Source: an archaeon
Lineage (GTDB): Archaea; Thermoplasmatota; Thermoplasmata; Methanomassiliicoccales; Methanomethylophilaceae
NCBI GenBank assembly: GCA_024399175.1
Contig: JAKSHU010000001.1
Span: 1-43,602 of the forward strand
Direction of reading: 5' to 3'
Length of the DNA stretch: 43,602 nucleotides
Below, one piece after another: positions 36,224 to 43,602 of the stretch (the first letter of the stretch is position 1; every line of letters begins with the position of its first letter). The notes under the pieces are model-generated. The model saw only the letters and a list, made by a program, of their open reading frames with translations. It made no database searches and was not told where the DNA came from. Both the position numbers and the translations under genes were made by a program.

Positions 36224-37162
36224 TCAGAGGATGTACAGCGAGATGATCGCCAACAGTGCCAGCACGAAGGACGCGGTCAGCATGTTGGGGGTCTTGAACA
36301 GTCTGGACTTGGAGATCGAGCTCTCAAGAACGGCAAGCAGGAAGGCGAAGACGACGAGCTTCACGAGGATCGCCACGAGTCCGACGAGGAGGTCGAGACC
36401 CTCGAGGGTGGTGGAGATTCCCCAGGGGAAGAACATGGTTCCGAGCATCGTCATGAAGATGGTCAGCCTCATCTCTGAGGACAGCTCCATCAGGGCGAGT
36501 CCCCTTCCGGAGTACTCGAGGAGCATTCCCTCATGGATCATGGTAAGCTCCAGATGGGTGGCGGGGTTGTCGAAGGGGATCCTCGCGTTCTCGGCCACCA
36601 GGGTGATGGCGAAGGACGCGGCGGCCAGCAGCAGGGCGGGGCAGAACGCGGCCGAGCCGAGGGCGATGAGGAGTGTCGGGATCGAGGAGATGTCGGTGCC
36701 TCCGTTGGAGAGGACGCACATGGACATCAGCGCGAGGAGGAGCGCAGGTTCGATGAGGACGGACATCATCATCTCCCTGCTGCTTCCCATTCCGCCGAAG
36801 ACGGAACCTCCCTCGAGTCCTCCGAGGACCATGCAGAACCTGTACAGGGTGAACAGGTAGACGAGGGTGACGATGTCACCGTACGGTGCGAGGATGCCCG
36901 TGAAGAACACGGGGGTCATGAACGCAAGGAGGGTCATGGCGGCCATGCACACGAAGGGGATCACACGGAACAGGAACGACGTGCTCTCGGAGACGGTCTC
37001 GTCCTTCCTGAGGAGCTTGGCGAGGTCCCTGTAGGGCTGGAGGATGTCGGCGCCGCGGCGGTGCTGCATCAGGGCCTTGACCTTCTTCACGATACCGGTG
37101 ATCAGCGGGGACACGGCGATGAGGAACACCGCCTGGATGGCTGAGACGAGGATGGACATCAT
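36224..37162 (-). CDS. hyfC: HyfC/HycD (NuoH-like) membrane subunit
   Basis: RRGADILQPYRDLAKL, FGGMGSSRE and ENARIPFDNPATHLELTMIHE. The start overlaps the hyfB stop (ATGA). Confidence 0.9.
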   Translation of the reverse strand: MMSILVSAIQAVFLIAVSPLITGIVKKVKALMQHRRGADILQPYRDLAKLLRKDETVSESTSFLFRVIPFVCMAAMTLLAFMTPVFFTGILAPYGDIVTLVYLFTLYRFCMVLGGLEGGSVFGGMGSSREMMMSVLIEPALLLALMSMCVLSNGGTDISSIPTLLIALGSAAFCPALLLAAASFAITLVAENARIPFDNPATHLELTMIHEGMLLEYSGRGLALMELSSEMRLTIFMTMLGTMFFPWGISTTLEGLDLLVGLVAILVKLVVFAFLLAVLESSISKSRLFKTPNMLTASFVLALLAIISLYIL

Positions 37163-39099
37163 ATGAATCTCACCGCCAGAAGGATCACGATCAGTGTGAC
37201 CAGGAGATAGGCGAGGTACGCCTGGATGTTTCCGCTCTGCATCCTCTCGACGTGCACAGAGAGGAGGTCGACGGCCTTTCCCACGGGGTTGAGGATATGG
37301 CGGATGAAGGGCTCGGTGAACCTGATGTGATAGGTGTCGGTTCCTCCGCGGACGTCCTTGACCTCGGCGGTGTCGCCGTAGAAGGGATGGAACACCCTGA
37401 CGAGGGGCTGGGAGAATCCCTCGGAGGAGTACTGCATGTCCTTGTTGAGCTCGGTACCGCAGTCCCAGGTGGACACCTTGACCTTGTCCTTCCTGAAGAG
37501 CCTGAACAGTCCGTAGAGGACGATGCAGACGAGTGCGAGGACCACCGCGATGAGGGCGGGGTCGAGGGCCTCGGACACGATGCCCATGTCGACGGGCGCG
37601 ACTGTGAGGGTGTCGGAGATGGCGACGGCGATCTTGCGCACCACGGGCACCGCGAAGATTCCGAGGAAGACGCAGGCGGCGGCCAGGAGCGCCAGGGGGA
37701 CGGAGAGTCCCTTGCCCATGGGCCTGGCCTCCCTCATCGACTCGGAGCGGGGACGGCCCAGGAAGACGAACCCGTACAGCCTGGCGTAGGAGACGGCGGC
37801 CATCGTTCCGCACACTCCGAGCACGGCGACGATGATGGGCAGGAGTACGTTGAGGACGGAGGTTCCGGTACCGGCGGTGACGACGGTCTTGATCATCAGC
37901 CACTCGCTGACGAATCCGTTCATCGGAGGGATGGCGGCCATCGACAGGGTTCCGATGAGGGCGAACATGGAGAGCAGGGGCAGGAACAGGGCAAGACCAC
38001 CCATCCTGTCGATGTTCCTCTCTCCGGTGAGCTTCTCGATGGTTCCGACGTTGAGCAGCATGAGGCTCTTGAAGAAGGCGTGGTTGATGGTGTGGAGCAT
38101 CGCGGCGGCGAGCATCAGGGCGGTGAGGTCGCCCTCGAACTCAACCTCGAAGAGGATTCCCATCGCGAGGCAGAGGATGACCATCGACATGTTCTCCATG
38201 CTGGAGTAGGCGAGGATGCGTCTGGGCTCGGTCTGGATGAGGGACTCCATCGCACCCCACACGGACCCGAAGGCGGCGAGGGTCAGGATGACGATGGGCA
38301 GATAGGTGTTGTCGGGGACCCCGATCCACAGGAACGTGGACTTCATCAGCAGGAGGATGGCCACGTTGGAGCAGACGGTGGAGAGCAGGGTCACGGAGTG
38401 CACGGGCGCGGTGCTGTAGAGGTCGGGCATCCACGCGTGGAAGGGCACGAGTCCGAGCTTGGTCCCGAATCCGATGAAGAGGAGCAGGATGAGTCCCGCG
38501 GAGACGAGTCCGTCGGTGATTACACCGAGTCCGGTCATCGCGGAGAGGTCGCAGGTGCCGTAGAGGTACCACAGCGCCCCGAAGACGCACATGATGATGA
38601 GTCCTCCGAAGTGGGTGATGGTGAAGTACCTCCACCTGTAGACCTCGTCGCTGCCCTTGGTCATGAGGAAGGTGGTCAGGGTGACCATCTCCCACGCCAC
38701 GAGCAGGAGGATGATGGAGTTCGCACACATGGCGAGCATGACCGCCATGAAGAGCAGACAGATGAAGCCGCAGTTGCCCTTCTCGCATCTCTCGGGACAT
38801 GAAAGCAGGTGCACCAGGGTGAGGAGGTACACGATGGACGACATGGACATCATCGCGGTGGAGAGACTGTCGAAGGACACGGAGTATCCGCCCACGAGGG
38901 GGCCGATGTCGAGGGACATGCTCTCGAGGGGGAGGCGGTAGGCCGCGGTGTACGAAAGGGCACCGACGACGCAGGAGACCGCGCAGAGGACCAGCGAGAT
39001 GCGGGAGATGAGGATCTTCTTGCCGGGCAAAAGGGTGGCCACGGCACCGATCAAGGCAGGCAACAGCAGCAGAGCTATGTATAGTTCGGAATCGCTCAC
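37159..39099 (-). CDS. hyfB: HyfB-like antiporter-type membrane subunit
   Basis: AWEMV, GFGTKLGLVPFHAWMP, ILAYSSMEN, NHAFFKSL, PPMNGFVSEW and TWDCG; GTG start. Confidence 0.9.
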   Translation of the reverse strand: MSDSELYIALLLLPALIGAVATLLPGKKILISRISLVLCAVSCVVGALSYTAAYRLPLESMSLDIGPLVGGYSVSFDSLSTAMMSMSSIVYLLTLVHLLSCPERCEKGNCGFICLLFMAVMLAMCANSIILLLVAWEMVTLTTFLMTKGSDEVYRWRYFTITHFGGLIIMCVFGALWYLYGTCDLSAMTGLGVITDGLVSAGLILLLFIGFGTKLGLVPFHAWMPDLYSTAPVHSVTLLSTVCSNVAILLLMKSTFLWIGVPDNTYLPIVILTLAAFGSVWGAMESLIQTEPRRILAYSSMENMSMVILCLAMGILFEVEFEGDLTALMLAAAMLHTINHAFFKSLMLLNVGTIEKLTGERNIDRMGGLALFLPLLSMFALIGTLSMAAIPPMNGFVSEWLMIKTVVTAGTGTSVLNVLLPIIVAVLGVCGTMAAVSYARLYGFVFLGRPRSESMREARPMGKGLSVPLALLAAACVFLGIFAVPVVRKIAVAISDTLTVAPVDMGIVSEALDPALIAVVLALVCIVLYGLFRLFRKDKVKVSTWDCGTELNKDMQYSSEGFSQPLVRVFHPFYGDTAEVKDVRGGTDTYHIRFTEPFIRHILNPVGKAVDLLSVHVERMQSGNIQAYLAYLLVTLIVILLAVRFI

Positions 39100-39371
39100 G
39101 AAAGGTCGCCTTCTTGTAAATGTAATGCACTAAGCATTTTGAACGTCAAGGGCGGTAGCTTTCCCATTATATAGTACTATCTCGCGCACGGGAGCCATTC
39201 ACCACGTGACGGCCCTCCTGCGTTCCTCCCGCATCCGCCGCGTGGATGTCGGACCCCTTCCCGGGCAGAACATTATATACAACCAGTCAGCGGGGACCGC
39301 CCCGGACCTCAAACGGGGAGGAACCCTGCGAACAGCATAAAAGACAGGAGGCCTTCCTCCGTCCGATTCCC

Positions 39372-41129
39372 ATGTTGATAAAAGCCCAGTCCGTCTCGAA
39401 ATCGTTCGGCCCCCAGAAAGTCCTCACCGATGTCAGCCTCCAGATCAACGAGGGTGACCGCATCGGTCTCGTCGGGGCCAACGGAGCGGGAAAGTCCACC
39501 TTCCTCAAGATCCTCCTGGGACTCGAGAAGGAAGACACCGGGGAGATCACCCGCAGGACGGACAGGATCGGATACATGGAACAGTTCGTGGACATCCCCG
39601 ACGAAAAGACCGTCCGCGAGGTCCTCGAGGAGTCCTACTCCTACGTGGAGAACATCAAACGCCGCCAGGCGGAGATCGACGAGCTCTACAACAGCGGAGG
39701 GGACATCGACTGGAACGCGCTCGCCGAGGAGAGCGCGGAGCTGGAGAACAAGATCGCCAAGTTCAACGACGAGGTCGGGGACAAGCTTCTGGACATCCTC
39801 AGGCAGGTCAACTTCCCAGAGGAGTATCTGGACAGGGAGATGGGAAGCCTGTCCGGAGGAGAGAAGTCAAAGGTCATGATGGCGAGGACCTCCGTCCAGA
39901 CCTCCGACTGCGACCTCATCTTCATGGACGAGCCCACCTCGCACCTCGACATCAGCACCATCGAGTGGATGGAGCGCTCCATCCTCTCCTCCAAGTGCGC
40001 TGTCGTCATCGTGAGCCACGACAGGTACTTCCTCGACAGGATCGCCCTGAAGGTCCTCGAGATCGAGAACGGCAAGTCCCTCGAGTACAAGGGCAACTAC
40101 TCCCAGTACGTCGAGAAGAAGAACATGGCCCTCGAGAGGCAGATGAAAGAATACGAGAGGTACACTGACGCCAAGAAGAAGCAGGAAGCGCTCATCGAGG
40201 CGATGTCGCACGACGCCCGCCGCTACATGGCCACCTACAAGACCCGCATGATGATGGCCTCCAAGATCGAGGAGAAGGAGAGGCCCGACGAGCAGAGGGA
40301 CATCAACATCAAGATCACCGCCGCCCAGAAGTCCGGAAAGAACGTGCTCATGGCGGAGAACGTGGCGATCGCGAGAGGCGACAGGACCATCCTCTCCGGC
40401 ATTAACCTCGACATCCAGAAGGGGGACAAGATCGGAATCTTCGGACCCAACGGGGCCGGAAAGTCCACCCTCCTCAAGGCCATCCTCGGGGAGCTCCCCG
40501 TCACCGGGGACATGTGGATCGCACCCGGCGCCAAGATAGGGTACTACTCCCAGCAGCACGAGGGACTAGACCTCAAGCTCACCGCCGAGGAGCAGCTCCT
40601 GCACGTCATCGGACCCGACAAGAGATCTGAGGCCAGGAACATGCTGGCACAGTTCCTCCTGACCGGCGAGAACGTCACCAAGCAGATGTCCCAGCTGTCC
40701 GGCGGACAGAGGGCCAAGGTCGCACTCTGCATCATGATGCACGGCGAGACCAACCTCCTCATCCTCGACGAGCCCACCAACTACGTGGACATCAACTCCA
40801 AGCACATGCTGGAGCAGGCCCTCGCCGAGTACGATGGTGTCGTCATCACCGTCACCCACGACAGGTACTTCCTCGACAATGTCTGCAACAAGGTCATAGA
40901 AGTCGGAAAAGGCAAGGCTGTCTGCCACAACGGAAACTACACCGACCTCAAGGGTGCCCCCGAACCCGTCAAGATGGCGGAGAAAGCAACCATGTACCGC
41001 TGTGTCGAACCTTTCACCAACTGGGCAACCAGGAAGAAGTACGCAAAAGGTGACAGGATCGCCATCACTCCCTCGGAAATGCCCGGATTCCAGGACGCTT
41101 TGGACAAAGGAAAGATCAGAAAGAGCTGA
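39372..41129 (+). CDS. ABC-F family ATPase (two ABC domains, no transmembrane segments) with an extra C-terminal domain
   Basis: GANGAGKST/LSGGE/DEPTSHLD and GPNGAGKST/LSGGQ/DEPTNYVD, with SHDRYFLD twice (second copy THDRYFLD) and a GNY linker. Confidence 0.93.
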   Translation: MLIKAQSVSKSFGPQKVLTDVSLQINEGDRIGLVGANGAGKSTFLKILLGLEKEDTGEITRRTDRIGYMEQFVDIPDEKTVREVLEESYSYVENIKRRQAEIDELYNSGGDIDWNALAEESAELENKIAKFNDEVGDKLLDILRQVNFPEEYLDREMGSLSGGEKSKVMMARTSVQTSDCDLIFMDEPTSHLDISTIEWMERSILSSKCAVVIVSHDRYFLDRIALKVLEIENGKSLEYKGNYSQYVEKKNMALERQMKEYERYTDAKKKQEALIEAMSHDARRYMATYKTRMMMASKIEEKERPDEQRDINIKITAAQKSGKNVLMAENVAIARGDRTILSGINLDIQKGDKIGIFGPNGAGKSTLLKAILGELPVTGDMWIAPGAKIGYYSQQHEGLDLKLTAEEQLLHVIGPDKRSEARNMLAQFLLTGENVTKQMSQLSGGQRAKVALCIMMHGETNLLILDEPTNYVDINSKHMLEQALAEYDGVVITVTHDRYFLDNVCNKVIEVGKGKAVCHNGNYTDLKGAPEPVKMAEKATMYRCVEPFTNWATRKKYAKGDRIAITPSEMPGFQDALDKGKIRKS

Positions 41130-41188
41130 TTTTCCGACTCACCATTATAATCCTGTTCGACGATACGGGTACAATACCGAGGCATATC

Positions 41189-41767
41189 ATGTGGTACGTT
41201 GTGGACGGAATGGATGGCTGCGGCAAATCCAGCGCCGCGGAATTCATAAAGGGACAGCTTGAGTCCAGAGGACGCAGGGTACTCCTTCTCTCCCATCCGA
41301 ACAGGGACACCAAGGTAGGGCGCAAGGAAGCCGCATGGCTCCTGAAGGACGGAACCTTCGCAAAGCTCATGACGACCATGTACTACATCAGGGATGTTTT
41401 CCACTCGATCAGAGTGATGAAGAAGATGAGGAAATCAGGTGAGTATGATGATTTCATCTTCGTCAGGTACATCATGGCCGTTTCCTATGTCCCCAAATGC
41501 CTCTGCAGACTGACATACAGAATTTTCAAAATCATTCTGCCCGAACCGGACAGGAAGTTCTTCATCGATATCACCCCAGAATCGGCGATGAAACGCATCA
41601 CCGAGAGGGGAGAGGAACTGGAAGCCTTCGAGAACATGGAATCCCTTTCCAAGACAAGGAACAAGATGCTCATGTTCATTCCCGACAACTGGCACCTCAT
41701 CGACAACTGCGGAACCTTCGAACAGACGAAGGAACAGATCTCCAAGGTTTTGGAGGAAACGGATTGA
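41189..41767 (+). CDS. tmk: Thymidylate kinase family protein
   Basis: P-loop VVDGMDGCGKS, PEPD..FFIDITPE.AMKRI..RG. Confidence 0.78.
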   Translation: MWYVVDGMDGCGKSSAAEFIKGQLESRGRRVLLLSHPNRDTKVGRKEAAWLLKDGTFAKLMTTMYYIRDVFHSIRVMKKMRKSGEYDDFIFVRYIMAVSYVPKCLCRLTYRIFKIILPEPDRKFFIDITPESAMKRITERGEELEAFENMESLSKTRNKMLMFIPDNWHLIDNCGTFEQTKEQISKVLEETD

Positions 41768-42393
41768 TCACGCTGCATGATCCCACCCACCTGTACGAAG
41801 GCACCATATCCGACAGGACCCGCAGGATCGCCAGGATCGTCTCTGTCGTCACACAGCCGCAGGTAATTTCCATAATCCTTTACGCAATTGTATGCCTCGT
41901 ATGCGATTCCCTGACGGAATTCCTCACGATGTACGGAATCTGTGTGTTCTTCGGATGCATATTCCCCATCATCGAGGTGCTGTTCTATTCCAAGAAGTTC
42001 CATAACGAGGACGGAGACATCGCGAAGAAGGAGGACAGGTTCATGCCCCTGCTTCTGGGTGACATATCCTATGTCCTCGGAGCCGTTGCACTCTGGCTGG
42101 CGGACGCACCCAGGCTCATATTCGCCCTGATGGTCTGCTATGTTCTCGTTACATTCTCGTTCCTGCTTATCAGCCCCTACTGGAAGATAAGCCTTCATGC
42201 AGTGGGAACAGTAGGTGTCAACATGGCAATCTCCGTCGCATTCTTCCCCTGGGGACTTCTGCTTTATCTTATGCTCCCGATGATCTGCTGGGCACGCTAC
42301 GTCCTCAGGAAGCATACTCCCGCACAGCTTGTCGCAGGTGCTGTCGACGGCCTTGTCATCACCGGCCTGGTGCTCTTCCTCATGCTTCCGTAA
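41764..42393 (+). CDS. PAP2-superfamily membrane phosphatase-like protein
   Basis: About 6 TM segments with KISLHA and ARYVLRKHTPAQLVAG. TTG start overlaps the tmk stop (TTGA). Confidence 0.78.
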   Translation: MITLHDPTHLYEGTISDRTRRIARIVSVVTQPQVISIILYAIVCLVCDSLTEFLTMYGICVFFGCIFPIIEVLFYSKKFHNEDGDIAKKEDRFMPLLLGDISYVLGAVALWLADAPRLIFALMVCYVLVTFSFLLISPYWKISLHAVGTVGVNMAISVAFFPWGLLLYLMLPMICWARYVLRKHTPAQLVAGAVDGLVITGLVLFLMLP

Positions 42394-42461
42394 GACCGGA
42401 CAAAGCGCCCTTCGCATACAGATAAATACAGTCAGCAGATAGGAATTTGAAAGGTGACCGG

Positions 42462-43070
42462 ATGAACTACCCCTCTAAGAAACACTGTTCCTACATCGGC
42501 ATGGCTGCTTCTGCGATGATATTCATCTGCTGGTTCATATCCGCCGTATTAGACGGTGAATGGGTTCTGGGAGACTCCGCATTATCTAACCTCGGGGTTT
42601 CTGACAGCCTTCTCGGTTCCATATTCTTCAGCTGGGGCATCTGCATCGTCCCCGGCTTTCTGTGGATCATCGAATGCATCAGTATCTACCGTACCGAGGA
42701 CGGAGTCAGTCGCAAATATGCGCTCGTAACTATCTACGCGATGGTCTGGCTCATCGGTGTCGGTTTCGTCGACCAGAGGTTCGGCCTGGTTCACAGGTAC
42801 ACCGCGTTCACATTCATGTTCATCATGGCGGCCGGAATCCTCCTTGCACTCAGAAGCGGATTCTTCATCAGGAGGAGGATATACATCCGCCTCACCCAGG
42901 TCATGTTCGTGGTTCTCGCAGTTATGTGCTTCACCATCCCGTTCGTAATCTACGAACCTACCGCGATCGCCTTCGTGGCACTGTGGGCAGGAATGCTGGC
43001 ATATGCATACGGAGACAGCGACGGAAAGGAATACCGTCAGCCCACTACGATTCTCAAACATAAACACTGA
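42462..43070 (+). CDS. DUF998-like integral membrane protein
   Basis: Multiple TM segments with W...ALSNLG, GVG and a conserved-looking His (LVHRY). Confidence 0.7.
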   Translation: MNYPSKKHCSYIGMAASAMIFICWFISAVLDGEWVLGDSALSNLGVSDSLLGSIFFSWGICIVPGFLWIIECISIYRTEDGVSRKYALVTIYAMVWLIGVGFVDQRFGLVHRYTAFTFMFIMAAGILLALRSGFFIRRRIYIRLTQVMFVVLAVMCFTIPFVIYEPTAIAFVALWAGMLAYAYGDSDGKEYRQPTTILKHKH

Positions 43071-43147
43071 GTGCCAACTGCATTCGTTGATAGCGTATAG
43101 GTTCGCAGATTGTCGAATCGATACACAGCATATTCTATAAGATATAG

Positions 43148-43162
43148 AGTCGTTAAACGACT
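43148..43162. promoter_or_regulatory. Palindrome AGTCGTT-A-AACGACT between a TATA-like box and ATG 43193
   Basis: Perfect 7-bp inverted repeat just downstream of TCTATAAG. Confidence 0.4.
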
Positions 43163-43192
43163 ATCAATTAACCCATTATACGGTGATCGACG

Positions 43193-43410
43193 ATGTTCAA
43201 CAAATACGACGAAGTGCGCAACCGCTGCATGCTCACTGGAAAATACAAGAAACAGGGATATGACTGGTGGTGGCACTCCCTTACCGCAGTCAACGATGCA
43301 ACCGGCGAAGAGAGACCCTTCTTCTTCGAATACTACGGATGCAACCCCGGCATCAGCCCCGACGAGTGTGTCTTCGGACAGGCCGGAGAGAGCAAAGCAA
43401 AGGGCGAACG
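43193..43410 (+). pseudogene. 5' fragment of a tocopherol-cyclase-like family gene, apparently interrupted
   Basis: MFNKYDEVRNRCMLTGKYKKQGYDWWWHSLTA...FFFEYY.CNP...VFGQ...KGER matches my recollection of this family's N-terminus. After ~43410 the frame stays open but reads as the antisense of another gene. Confidence 0.55.
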
Positions 43411-43602
43411 CCTTGTAGTATTCCGCCTCATTCTTGCTCGCGCCGCCGAAGAGGTAGGCGAGGGAAGAGAGCGCGGCGATGACCGCGAGGACGATCGAGA
43501 ACTGCTCGAAGGGAGAGGGATCCCCGTTCGCGATCGCGACGAAGATCTCGGCGACGATGGCGACGGCGATGAAAGCAAAGTTGAGAATGGTAAGAACGAG
43601 AG
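43380..43602 (-). CDS. Internal fragment of a membrane-protein gene entering from the right edge
   Basis: Minus-strand translation LVLTILNFAFIAVAIVAEIFVAIA...FSIVLAVIAALSSLAYLFGGASKNEAEYYKAFALCFALS, which has TM helices and C-rich codons. Confidence 0.55.

Noticed and set aside
1-43602. Transposases, integrases, rRNA/tRNA genes, amber read-through genes
   Set aside because: None recognised on either strand.

Overview
GC-rich archaeal window. Inference: most likely Methanomassiliicoccales (Thermoplasmatota), based on a group II chaperonin, Nre, TATA boxes about 20-30 nt before many ATGs, an Ehr/Hyf-like complex without NiFe ligands, and no TAG stops. Gene order: thermosome (partial); nre + SPL-family radical SAM; hisD-ppk1-ppx; trkA-trkH; AAA14/DUF4143 ATPase; two divergent helical-repeat (TPR-like) genes; an ABC-ATPase + DUF4435/TOPRIM pair with PARIS (AriA/AriB)-like architecture; SAM methyltransferase; a 48-aa Cys-rich protein; xseA-xseB; PaaI thioesterase; a hypothetical gene; MarR; a Fec/Btu-type ABC importer whose binding protein carries a dockerin-like repeat; an orphan AAA_21 ATPase; a two-gene nitrogenase-like operon (NifH fused to a NifD/E-like domain, plus a short NifK/N-like subunit); a Ca/Na antiporter; Usp; a six-gene Ehr complex; ABC-F; tmk; PAP2; a DUF998-like membrane protein; and an apparently chimeric end. 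The best candidate for an undescribed system is the nitrogenase-like reductase plus the metal-chelate importer, whose upstream regions share a TTGGA-N7-TCCA(A/T) palindrome. Next are the archaeal PARIS-like pair and two structured intergenic RNA candidates. All family assignments are by motif recognition by eye; no searches were run.
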